Position numbers and translations under genes: made by a program. A model generated the notes under the pieces. The model had not been told where the DNA came from. It searched no databases and saw only the letters and a program-made list of their open reading frames with translations. From positions 93,748,227-93,812,226 of the forward strand of contig JARDVH010000001.1 in the NCBI GenBank assembly GCA_030324005.1: a DNA stretch of 64,000 nucleotides, in the 5' to 3' direction. Position 1 is the stretch's first letter. Each line of letters starts with the position of its first letter. Below, in pieces: positions 1-11,362 of the stretch. Source of the DNA: Negaprion brevirostris (Eukaryota).

Positions 1-115
1 AGGCATATGGATAACATTGGAATAGTTTAGGTTAGAGGGTCATTAGATTGGTTCCACTGGTCGGCGCAACGTCGAGGACCGAAGGACCTGTACTGCGCTG
101 TTATGTTCTATGCTA
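1..115 (+). mobile_element. 3' end of CR1-clade (HER1-like) LINE
   Basis: GGTCGGCGCAACGTCGAGGACCGAAGGACCTGTACTGCGCTG followed by a TATGTTCTATG tail; a closely similar tail is at 9554-9612. Confidence 0.75.
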
Positions 116-559
116 ATAAGTATATATATATTACTGTGAGATGCTGCTAAAGGCCATTGACTCTTATACAGGCGGAACATCACAGCATTGCTCAAGCAAC
201 AGTGCCAAATTGCCTGACGCTGCTTGATGTTTAACATCAGTACTGATTTGGTCCTCCGACCTGTTTATTATATTCATGCATAAAGATCCTGGTCTTGGAA
301 ATCTGTTGATTCAAATTTCATTGAATCCCGTCACTGGCTAAGAGGCTGACAGCAGCTGCCAAGAAACAAATTTCAATCATTATTTACTACTCAGACCCCT
401 GGGGAAAATTATTTTCCAAATAAAAATTGAGATGCATCTTACCTTTTAGGTTAAGGACTCATTCTGTTATGGCTGCTGAGTAATATTGTGATGCTTGGTG
501 AGCATATGACTCAGTGCTCTTCAGCGCTTCGCACTGCAATTTTCTAAGTGGATTAGAAG

Positions 560-905
560 AGTGACTTCATTTTTTACTGCACTAGTGAAACTGGTTGTGC
601 TTGTGGTGAGAAATGGAACTGCAGGGAATAGAATAATGCGTGATCGACAATGCTGCAGTATCTAATGGTTAGGAAAGGTTTGCAGGCAGAAATCTTTGGC
701 CAGACGCTAGCCTGTGGGTTATGTTGAAAACCCTGATCTACATGCTTAAATGGTGCTATATTTGTGTTATCAGCAAATCTGGATATGTGACTTTCTGTCC
801 TATCATCTAAGTTAATAAATAGTGAATAGTTGAGCCCCCAACACATTTATGTGGGGTTCCACAAGTCATATTCTGCCAGTGTCACCACTTTTGTCTCCTG
901 CCGCT
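560..905 (-). mobile_element. Decayed CR1 LINE RT fragment
   Basis: ORF 574..846(-) reads SLFINLDDRTESHISRFADNT, matching the CR1 RT region FINDLD...ISKFADDT. Confidence 0.6.
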
Positions 906-2017
906 CACTTTCTAAACCGGAACAATAAATTACCTTCAATTCAATTAGCTTCAAGTTTAGTTTACTGTCTTGTCATGCCAACAAAACAAGAAAGAAAAAA
1001 TATCTATCTGTATAAGGGGGAAAAAAAGTCTGTCTGTATTTCCTTTGGATGCTTCAGTTTGCTCCTACAGTCCAAAGTTGTACAAGTTAGGTGGAATGGC
1101 TATGCCAAATTGCCCTTTAGTGGCCCATTATGTGTAGGTATAAACTTGATGGTTGAGTGTCCTTTTCTGCACTGAATGAATTCTGATCCCATGTCAATCT
1201 GGCTACTTTATAAAATGGCTTTTCCTTGAATAAAAAGGATAAAGACTTTTCAGTGATTGAAGCCATGACTAGCTCCAACTCAAAAGGAATTTCTAGCCTT
1301 CAAAAAAGCACTGCGAACTCACCATCTCTAAAGATATGCTAATACCCCTTGTACAAAAAGCAAATTCCAAAGCAACACACAAAAGACATTCTACATCTTT
1401 GAAGCGAAACCCTGGCAAATGACGATGATCGATNNNNNNNNNNGGCAAGGGACCCTGAAACCTCTAATTTTATTAATGGATGACACATTAACCATCTCCA
1501 TGCACACATGCCTCCAAATATGTTGCCTTGTGAAGCTAAAGGAGGCTCGTGGAAATCCTCTTCCTGCATTTTGAGCGAGTGAAGTAAACTAACCCCCTGA
1601 TTTTGCCCATCTCGAGTTTGCCTTGGTGTTATTAATAGAGGGTCAGATCATTTAAGGGTTGGGAAAATATGCCATCTCATATGAAGGAGGAAAATCAACA
1701 AAAACACCTTTGTTTGATGGGTGATGAGGGAAAAGATTAGGATTGTTTTATCTTTTCCTGTCTGCAACAATCTTTTATGAGGAACTTTCAAATGTTTCTT
1801 GCAGGTTCATATAAATTGCTACTTCTCCACTATCTCTTTCAAAAAATTCAGTTTCTAAAATTGCTTAAAATTTTAGATTTTTGTTTTAAAAGAGTAATAA
1901 ACCTTAGTTTTTTTCTGAATGTTGAAAGAACAAAACACCCTGCCTTGAGTTTATTTTAAAAATGATTTTTGTTTTTTTGTTATAGTATTGTTATGGTGGG
2001 TTGTGGCTGATCTTCCT

Positions 2018-2174
2018 GATTTCATTAATTATTGTCACATGTATTAGTATACAGTGAAAAGTATTGTTTCTTGTGCGCTATACAAAACATGCCATACATG
2101 GAGAAGGAAAGGAGAGAGTGGAGAATGCAGTGTTCCAGTCATAGCTAGGGTGTAGAGAAAGGTCAACTCAGTGT
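2018..2174 (-). mobile_element. Rex1/Babar-like LINE 3' end fragment, runs into a gap
   Basis: ATTGTCACATGTATTAGTATACAGTGAAAAGTATTG...GTCATAGCTAGGGTGTAGAGAAAGGTCAAC, nearly identical to 3928-4066. Confidence 0.75.
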
Positions 2175-2279
2175 NNNNNNNNNNNNNNNNNNNNNNNNNN
2201 NNNNNNNNNNNNNNNNNNNNNNNNNNNNNNNNNNNNNNNNNNNNNNNNNNNNNNNNNNNNNNNNNNNNNNNNNNATTCA

Positions 2280-3385
2280 GTGTTGGATGTGACAGGACTG
2301 CAAAGCTGCCATCTGACCCTTTGTGGGATCCCGTAACTCTGTATATTACTTGCCGCTTACACTGTTTGGCACACAAGTAGTCCTGTGTTGTAGCTTCACC
2401 AGGTTGATACCTTTTTCAGAATGCCAGGTACTGCTCCTGGGCACTCTCTCCTGCCTTCTTCATTGAATTAATGTTGATCCTCTGGCTTGGTGGGAATGGT
2501 GGAGTGGGAGATGTGGTTGAGTGCAATTGTGCTGCTGCTGATGGCCCATAGCACCTCATGGATGCCCTGTCTTGAGTTGCTAGATTTGAAATCTATCCTA
2601 TATAGCACGGTGATGGCGCCACACAACACAATGGAAGGTATGCTCAGTGTGAAGGCAGGACTTTGTCTCCACAAGGACTGTGCAGTGGCCACTCTTACCG
2701 ACACTGTCATGGATGAATGTATCTACAGCAGGTGGGCTGGTGAGGTCGGAGTATGTTTTCCCCTCTTGTCGGTTCCCTCATCACCTGTCGCTTGTTCCAT
2801 CCCAGCAGCTTTGCCCTTGAGGACTCGGCCAACTCAGTATGTGATGGTATTACCCAGCCACTCTTGGTGGTGGACACTGAAGTTCCCCACCCAGAATACA
2901 TTCTGCACGCTTGCACACTCTGTCTTTCCTTCAAGGAGTGTTCAACATGGAGGAGTGTTGATTCAGCAGCTGGGAAGATAGGGGTGGTGGGGGATGGGGG
3001 GGCACGGTGTGTGTGTGTGTGTGTGTGTGTGCGTGGTGGTTATGGGGTAATCAGCCCATGTGTAACCTGATGGGATGGGCTCAGGACTCCGGACTGCATG
3101 CCACCTCTGTTGATGAATCCCTGGTTTGGGTCTGGGACATTATCTGTAAGGAATGATTCTGTCAGCATGGCTATGTCAGGCTGTTGATTGACTATTCTGT
3201 GGGACAGCACTCCCAATTTTGGGACAAGCCCCCAGTGGGTTGACAAGGCTGGCTTTGTCCAGGTCAGTGCGAGGCATTCTTTTTTTTTTTGTAGTGACTT
3301 GCTAGGCTATTTCAGAGGGCGTTTAAAAATCAACTACATTGTTGTGGATCTGGAGTTACACGTGGGCCAGACCAGGCAAAGATAA
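2280..3385 (-). mobile_element. Decayed non-LTR retrotransposon 5' part with apurinic endonuclease domain
   Basis: ORF 3040..3246(-) WGLVPKLGVLSHRIVNQQPDIAMLTESFL resembles the APE N-terminus (N-x-R-G-L...PDI-x-x-LTES); a related copy lies at about 21790-22500. Confidence 0.65.
3007..3030. repeat. (GT)12 microsatellite
   Basis: Seen directly in the sequence. Confidence 0.95.
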
Positions 3386-3387
3386 AG

Positions 3388-3586
3388 TCCCAGATGATCA
3401 CAGGCTGCTGTCCCCCATGAGGGAGAGAGCTGATTGGTGGCGATTTAACCTGGGGACCATCACACCTCAGGCGAGGGGCAAAGTTGAGAAGGCAGAGCCT
3501 TCAATAATAACCTCAGTCAGTATGGGAATTGAACCTGCAGTGCTGGTGTTGCTCTGCATCACTGCCCAGCCGTACAGCCAACTGAG
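3388..3586 (-). mobile_element. tRNA-derived SINE, family shared with 23450-23632
   Basis: Reverse complement matches 23450-23632 (GCCTTCTCAACTTTGCCCCTC.CCTGAG.TGTG.TG.TC..CAGGTTAAATC.CCACCA.TCAGC); B-box-like GGTTCAATTCC. Confidence 0.75.
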
Positions 3587-4747
3587 ATTTGATTTGATTT
3601 ATTATCGTCACGTGCATTATTGTGGGCGGCACGGTGGCACAGTGGTTAGCACTGCTGCCTCACAGCTCCAGGGACCTGGGTTCGATTCTGGCCCCGGGGA
3701 ACTGTGTGGAGTTTGCATGTTCTCCCTGTGTCTCACTCTGGTTTCCTCCCACAGTCCAAAGATGTGTGGGCTAGGTTGACTGGCCAGGCTAAATTGCCCC
3801 TTGTATCAGCGGGATTAGGAGGGTTAATATGTGGCATTCAGGGAATAGAGCCTGGGTGGGATTGTAATCAGTGCAGACTCAATGGGCCGAATGGCCTCCT
3901 TCTGCACTGTAGGATTCTATGATTCTCTGTATTAGTATACAGTGAAAAGTATTGTTTTTTGCACGCTATACAGATAAAGCATACCATTCTTAGAGAAAGA
4001 AAGGAGAGAGTGGAGAATGCAGTGTTACAGTCATAGCTAGGGTGTAGAGAAAGGTCAACTCAGTGTGAGGTAGGTTCATTTGAAAGTCTGATGGCAGCAG
4101 GGAAGAAGCTGTTCTTGAGTAGGTTGGTATGTGTCCTCAGACCTTTTTGTATCTTTCTCCTGATGGAAGAAGGTAGAAGTGAGTATGTCTGGTTGCACGG
4201 GTCCTTGATTCTGCTGGCTGTTTTTCCAAGGTAGTAGGAAGTGTAGACAGTGTCAATGGATAGGAGGCTGGTTTGAGTGATGGATTTTATTCATCCCTTT
4301 ATTCGTGACCCTTTGTAGTTTTGTGCAGTCTTGGACAACACAGGGGCCATACCAAATTGTGATACAACCAGAAAGTATGCTTTCTATGTGCATCCATAGA
4401 AGTTGGTGAGAGTTATAATAGGCGTGGCAAATTTCCTTAGTCTCCTGAGAAAGTTCAAGTGTTGGTGGGCTTTCTTAACTATCGTGTCAGCATGGAGGGA
4501 CCAAGGCAGATCGTTGGTGATCCGGACACCTAAAAACTTGAAGCTTTTGACAATTTCTACTTCATTCCCATTGATGTAGACAAGGTCATGCCTTCCACTG
4601 CGCTTCCTGAAGTCGATAACTGACTATCTCCTTTGTTTTGTTGATGTTGAAGGAGAGATTATTGTCGTTGCATGAGTTCACCAGATTCTGTCCTTTTCCT
4701 GTACTGTCTTGTCATTGTCTGAGATCGGACCCACAATGGTGTTGATC
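3586..4747 (-). mobile_element. 5'-truncated Rex1/Babar-like LINE (RT C-terminus and 3' UTR), interrupted by an HE1 SINE
   Basis: Minus strand translates (with frameshifts) to NLSFNINKTKEIV...DFRK...INGNEVEIVKSFKFLGVRITNDLPW...KKAHQHLNFLRRLRKF...ESILSGCITIWYG; (AAATC)n tail. Confidence 0.85.
3624..3926 (+). mobile_element. HE1-like V-SINE, near full length
   Basis: tRNA-like head (TGGCACAGTGGTTAGC, GGGTTCGATTC), V-domain TGTGTGGAGTTTGCATGTTCTCCC...CCCACAGTCCAAAGATGTG, CR1-like tail ATGGGCCGAATGGCCTCCTTCTGCACTGT and GATTCTATGATTCT. Confidence 0.9.
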
Positions 4748-7219
4748 CTCTTCAGGTTACAGACACTATATCCTGGATGCCTTGTGCTGAACTATACAAA
4801 GTCCTGGAGGACTGAGCACTTCTTGGTACCACACTTTAGGAAAGACATATTGGCCTCTTCAGGGACTGCAAAATGCAAAACCTTGGCTTTGAGTCATGAA
4901 GCTAGTCCTGGACTTTCAATATAGGTTAACTTTAGTCTTCTGGCATCTGACTCTGAAGCTGAAGTGCAATACTTTCCAATTCATTCTCTTTACATGGCTC
5001 ACCCTTCTAAAAACAAATTTATTACTGTAGGTGTGGTATAATAGGATTCCTAAAATTGCTAGTTTCCATCAAAGGATATGGTTCTAAAACAAAGATTTTC
5101 TTACTAAACAGGAACAAAAATTTATCTCTCCATTCAGAGAATACATTTCTGTGCCATTTAATATTAGTGCTGTTAGTTTAAAGTGATTTTAATTAAGTTA
5201 AACTGTTGTATTAGCGTTTCGGGATCATATTTTTGCATGTGAATTGTGTAATTTAAGGAAAAATTGTAAACCTTGACCATGCTTTTTTTGAAAGGGAAGA
5301 TGTTTGAGTTGATCGAGAGTATGTAGTGGTGGTGGAACGTGGGTAAATTGTGTAGCTAGCATTGGGTTGATGCTCTCGATCTTTTTGCAAATGGGTTAGT
5401 GGATAAATATAGAGAATGAGGTAGTTAATGGTTCACATTCTAGCATGCTGTGTTCCTGGAGTTGTAGGAATTAATTTTAAATGATTGAACTTGCTTGTAC
5501 GTCTGGTCTGTTCGGATTATATTCCAGAGCCCATGCTTGGTGGTACTCTTGTAAATTTAACATGTAAATTACATTTGATTAGGATATTTGATATGTTAAG
5601 AAATAATGTAAATAAAAGTTGTTTTTGATTGTGTGGCATTTTTAATGGTCCAGTAGTTGCATCCCTGGCTCAGACCGTGTGAGAACAGTGGTTAGTTGGT
5701 ATGGTACTTCACGGCTGCTTGCATCCTTGGACACCTGCACCAGTAAAGTTGGTACCTTCACGAGAGACAGAAAGGCTCTTCCTTTGTAACAGTGAAGCAA
5801 TTCTGTAAAAGTGCAATGATATTTTTCAGCAGTCAGTGCCAAGACAAATGTTGACTTGCTACTGAAGTTGAGTTATGCTGAGTTTGAAAATGTGTAGTAA
5901 TTATTTAATCGACTAGCAGATGGTGCATGTGAGCTACTTCCATGATGATTAGCACTGCCAAGAATACATTATATTACTGGGATTTGTAAGGGGAGAAAAA
6001 TTCAAAAGCCTTGAACACTGGCAAGTGTTAAGATTTATTTGGCAAATGCTTCAGAAATGAGACTCAAAATTGATGTCTCCATTCAATTAGCAAGACTGCA
6101 AAGCAGAATGTACTTCATGGCATAGTTGATATCTTGTGGAGAATAAATATACAGACTGCAATGATGTGCATACAAATACTTCACTGTTCTGTTTTGATAT
6201 TCACATCAACAGTATCTCTCTTGTCCTGCTAATTGGATCTCCCTTCCAGCCCACCTTTGCAGTTCTGTTCTCACATACCTTCCATTTGGGAAACTCGTGT
6301 AGGCTCCTGCTAGACATTGGATGATTGTCATTAGCATTGAAATTTTACTCTGGAGGACAAGAGCTTCATTGTCCCTGCAGTAAGCCTTTCAGCTATGCAT
6401 GATGTAGCATTTTCCAACCATGTTGTTATTGCTTGGAAATCACAGCTCTGATCCTCTTATCACTTTGGGTCAATGTCCCTGGTGCCTCTTTTTGTCTTGC
6501 CCCCAGCCACCTTGTCTGTGCTGATCTGACATACATAAAAATTTGAAGCTACTTAGTTCTTCATGTCTGTACAGCCAAATTAGAGCTACCTAGCCTAATC
6601 CATCTTTGCAGCTTGTAGCCTATAACCCTGTCAGTTACAGCACTTCAGTTGTCTTTTCATCTCCTTTTACATGTTAATACTGGAAAACAATGTCTTCTTA
6701 AAAAAAGACTTTTGTTTTTAAGGATGAACTGAAGAATGTCACCTTGATTATAATCACCTGATTTGCCCAGACCTTTGTTCCCTGGTCCTTTTTATAATCT
6801 TGACATCCTGCAGGATAGCCCTTGGTTCTATACCATATTTTCTCAATTACCCACGTTGATTTTATAACCTGCATTTCAGAAATTAAAGTGCAGCTGCAGA
6901 AAAGGAAAATAGCCAGAGGTATTGATGATATTTATAAAGCTTTTGTTTGAAAGGGATTGATGGAAAGGACTATATAAATCATTTACATGGGAGTCTAATT
7001 ATCATGCAAAAGAAGTACATGGGCAAGTGTGTAATTTTTCAAAAGTAGCTTATCTGTTTTATTTGACAGCTATTTTACTTGGATTTTGTAACACCATGCA
7101 AGACTTAAACTGTAGACGTTAACACAACTTTGGATGAATTACTTTCCTTTACTCTGCATATTGGGAAGAGGGGATTCCTTTGTAGTTTGTTGGCTCCATA
7201 GTATTGAAAACTTGTAAAA

Positions 7220-8340
7220 GAACACAAGAAATAGAGCTGAAGTAGACCATGTGGCCATTGTCCTTCTGCCATTTAATATGATCATGGCTGATCTTGGGCC
7301 TCAACTGTATTTTCCTGCTTCCTCCCCCTATCCCTTTATTCCTTGAGAGACTAAAAACATCCCGGCCTTAAATGTGTTCAACAATGGAGCCTCCGCATCC
7401 TTTGAAGTAATTTCTCCTCATCTCATTTAAATGATTGATTCCTTATATTGAGACTACGCTGTGTTTTAGACTTAACAATCGATGAAAGCAATGAGTGTCA
7501 ACCCTATCAAACCACCTCAAAATTTTTTGATTTATTATTGTCACATATATTAGTATACAGTGAAGTGCTGTTTCTTGTGCATGATACAGACAAAGCATAC
7601 TGTTCATAGCTAAGCAAACGAGAGTGCAGAATGTAGTGTTAAGTCATAGCTACAGGGTGGAGAAAGATCAATTTAACGCGAGGTAGGTCTATTCCAAAGT
7701 TTGATGGCAACGGGAAAAAGCTGCCCTGAGTCGGTTGGTAACTGACCTGAGACTTTTGTTTCTTTTTCCTGACGGAAGAAGGTGGAAGTATGTCTGGGGT
7801 GCATGGGGTCCTTAATTGTGCTGGCTGCTTTGCCAAGGCAGCAGGAAGTGTAGACAGCCAATGGATGGGAGGCTGGTTTCTGTAGCTTTCAATGAGATTG
7901 CCCCTCTTCTAAGTTCCAGAGAATATAAACTCAATTTACTTAGCCCTTCATCATTGGACAACTTCCTCATCCCAGGGACCAATCTAGTGAGCCTTCACTG
8001 TAGCACCTCCAGTGCAGGTATATCCTTTCTTAAATGTGGAGACCAAAACTGCATGCACTCTCTCATAAACCTTGTAGAATTCTAGCAAGATTTCTTTATT
8101 TTTGAATTTTGATCCTTTTGCAGTAAAGATCAACATGCCATTTGTTTTTCTAATTGTTTACTGCACCTGCACGCTGACTCTTTGCATTCACCGTACATGC
8201 TTAGTCTCTTTTGAACGTCAACATTTACAAGTTTCACCTGTTTAAAACATGATCTTTTCTATACATGTGATCAAAGTGAATAGCTTCAGACTTCCCTACA
8301 GTTATACTCCCATGTGCTATCTTCTTGCCCATTCACTTAA
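7220..8340 (-). mobile_element. Decayed CR1 LINE 3' portion, interrupted by a Rex1/Babar fragment at about 7527-7880
   Basis: CR1 3' UTR hallmarks in reverse (AAGAAATAG...GTAGACCAT, GATCATGGCTGATCTT, GGAGACCAAAACTGCA); the inner segment matches 3928-4275. Confidence 0.7.
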
Positions 8341-8419
8341 ACGAGGTTAAAAGAATTTGATTTAATTGATTGCTTGAACACTGACCCATAATTTTGGAAT
8401 TAAAATAGTTCCCCCTCCT

Positions 8420-8844
8420 TCAGTACTGTCTCCCTTCCTTCAAAATTTCATGTCTTTGCCCTCTTCAAAACGCATACTTCCAACCTTCTGTCTTTAAACT
8501 GTTGCCTCTCACCACACTCCCTTTCCTGTCATCCTTGAACATGTTTTCACTTTCCATGTCCAAGCTCATCTTTCCCATAAATCATTGTTTGAATCTTTCC
8601 AATAAGTTTTTCTGTTTATTGCCTTAATCAAAGTGATAAATGATATCGTTTAACTGTGAACTATGTGCTCTTGCCCTCCTCTATCTCCACAGCCCCTCTA
8701 CCTTCTTTGAAGCAGATTGCAGCAGCCATAGCCTTTCTTCTGTTTTACACTTCAAAGAGACTGCTCTTGTTTCTTTCCACTCTTAACCATAGCCAGAAAG
8801 TTTCCCATAATGACTCCTGTTTCTGCCCCTGTGGTGTTGCCTTC
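8420..8844 (+). mobile_element. Old L2-like LINE RT fragment
   Basis: ATTGCCTTAATCAAAGTGATAAATGATATC encodes IALIKVINDI, similar to the LINE RT motif TALxKVxNDI; pyrimidine-rich strand. Confidence 0.45.
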
Positions 8845-11064
8845 NNNNNNNNNNNNNNNNNNNNNNNNNNNNNNNNNNNNNNNNNNNNNNNNNNNNNNNN
8901 NNNNNNNNNNNNNNNNNNNNNNNNNNNNNNNNNNNNNNNNNNNNNNNNNNNNNNNNNNNNNNNNNNNNNNNNNNNNNNNNNNNNNNNNNNNNNNNNNNNN
9001 NNNNNNNNNNNNNNNNNNNNNNNNNNNNNNNNNNNNNNNNNNNNNNNNNNNNNNNNNNNNNNNNNNNNNNNNNNNNNNNNNNNNNNNNNNNNNNNNNNNN
9101 NNNNNNNNNNNNNNNNNNNNNNNNNNNNNNNNNNNNNNNNNNNNNNNNNNNNNNNNNNNNNNNNNNNNNNNNNNNNNNNNNNNNNNNNNNNNNNNNNNNN
9201 NNNNNNNNNNNNNNNNNNNNNNNNNNNNNNNNNNNNNNNNNNNNNNNNNNNNNNNNNNNNNNNNNNNNNNNNNNNNNNNNNNNNNNNNNNNNNNNNNNNN
9301 NNNNNNNNNNNNNNNNNNNNNNNNNNNNNNNNNNNNNNNNNNNNNNNNNNNNNNNNNNNNNNNNNNNNNNNNNNNNNNNNNNNNNNNNNNNNNNNNNNNN
9401 NNNNNNNNNNNNNNNNNNNNNNNNNNNNNNNNNNNNNNNNNNNNNNNNNNNNNNNNNNNNNNNNNNNNNNNNNNNNNNNNNNNNNNNNNNNNNNNNNNNN
9501 NNNNNNNNNNNNNNNNNNNNNNNNNNNNNNNNNNNNNCACTGTTTTTGTAACTGGTCGGCGCAACATCGTGGGCCGAAGGGCCTGTTCTGCGCTGTAATG
9601 TTCTATGTTCTATAAATTTATATACGTGAATTTATGTACATAAAGTTCCAGCTCAATAGCTTTGCCCAGAAAGCAGCAAAAGCACAAGATGAGGGTCTTG
9701 AAGTAGCTGATGAATATAAACATCACAGGGTTGTGTCAAAATATACTGCAGCTGAGGCATGGCCTTGTGGGTTTGTGGTGAGGGCTGGGTTTTATAAGGA
9801 AAATAGAGCACTTCTGAAGAGGCATAGAACGTAACATGCAACACTGACCGGTGATGTTTTGGTCAAGTGTATTCCTAGATGACAGTGCAGTAGACTGGAA
9901 AAAAATGACTGAAATGTGCAGAGTAACAATGAAGCCGGACACCACCTATGCCTCCATGCCGGTGTGAAGTGCAGTGTCAGGAGTGGGGGTGGGGGGACTC
10001 TTGGGATTCTATTAAGTGTTTCTACACCATCCAGGTTTGGGCACCTGGGTGGTGGGTTAGATGTGAGGTTGTTCTTTTCCTGTTGAATTATAAGTTTATG
10101 GAGGAAGTCATTAGCCAGGGCATTGACTGCTGATTCAAGTGTGCTGGACCAGTCCATAGCTACATGACAATGGCATTGTATATGTGGTAGGTGTTGAATA
10201 ATATTTGTCATCAGTATAGCGTCCTGGACTAGTTTCGATTGGAGAGTTTGAAGAGGAAATGTCTAGATTTCTGTCCCCCTGCAATAAATTGGCAGGTGGA
10301 TTTGTGACAAGAGGGCACTGAGTGACCATTGTTAGTGTAGGAGGCCATTCAGCCCTTCTGAATTGGCAAAAAAAAAATTCAGGCTACAAGTATCAAGGAT
10401 TTTAAAATAAATGCTACAAGCTGAGATCTGGAATGCGTTAGCTTAAAGATGAAAATCCAGTGTTACTTTTCAAAGTAGTTGAAGATTTTCTTAAAAAGGA
10501 AATATTTCAGATTTGTGGAAAAAGAACAGAGGAGTGGAACTAATTGGATAACTTCCAAACAAGGATGATGGACTAAATAGCATCTCTGCTCTGTTGTTCA
10601 AGAAACTGTCCTTGGTATTTGATTGAGATTTTAACCTTTCTTCAGGAGACTAACTAGAAAGAAGGGAATCTTGTGTCCTGATGCATAAAGATCAAAACTT
10701 GAACATTTTCATATGTGTGCGTAACTCTAATTTCAAAAGACCTCTACTGTCACTCAAACATCATCTGCCTCAGCTAAAACACTCATGCATGCCTTTTTCA
10801 CCTTGAAGTTCCACTATTCCAAATCCCTCCTTGAAATCCTCCACGCTAAAGAAAGTTCATTCCCGAGACTTTATGACCTGTATTGGCATCCCGTTCTGCT
10901 CAGATCCTTGCTGACCTATGCTGGTTTCAGGCCCTTCAATGTAAAATGTTCCTTTTGTAAATCCTTTCATGGCCTTGCCTCTCCCCTTAATTTTCACCGT
11001 TCCAGCATGAACCATTTTAGATTTTCAATAAGTTGGAAAAATAGCTCAAGTCCATATGGCTTTC

Positions 11065-11362
11065 TTTCCAGAAACCAAGCTTGTTCTGGGGATCTGGATT
11101 CAAATCCTGCCATGGCAAATGGTGGACTATGAATTCAGTAAAAATATCTGGAATTGAGAATTTACTGATGACTATGAAACCATTGTTGATTGTTGGCAAA
11201 AACCATCGTGTTCACTAATGTCCTTTTGGGGAAGGAAATCTGCTGCCCTTGCCTGATCTGGCCTGCATGTGATTCCAAGCCACAGCAATGTGGTTGACTC
11301 TCAACTGCTCTCTGCCGATTAGGGATCAGCAATAAATGCTGGCCAGCCAGGAATGAATAAAA
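11065..11362 (+). mobile_element. Interspersed SINE-like repeat with a conserved core; related copies on the - strand at about 3290-3385, 22230-22500 and 45220-45660
   Basis: B-box-like GGATTCAAATCC; core GTTCACTAATGTCCTTTT.GGGAAGGAAATCTGC...TCTGGCCTGCATGTGA...CACAGCAATGTGGTTGACTC; ends in AATAAATGCTGGCCAGCCAG...AATAAAAA. Confidence 0.75.

Noticed and set aside
2487-2981. 164 aa ORF with a hydrophobic, signal-peptide-like start
   Set aside because: It is the antisense reading of a decayed LINE endonuclease region, with no independent gene evidence.
3624-3695. tRNA gene-like A and B boxes (also at 23450, 31173, 54040 and 62900)
   Set aside because: These are SINE heads continuous with SINE bodies; no complete cloverleaf is evident.
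8656-9615. Long ORFs of 262-319 aa (likewise those at 25635-26172, 38328-38844 and 54664-54964)
   Set aside because: They are open mainly because they run through N gaps.
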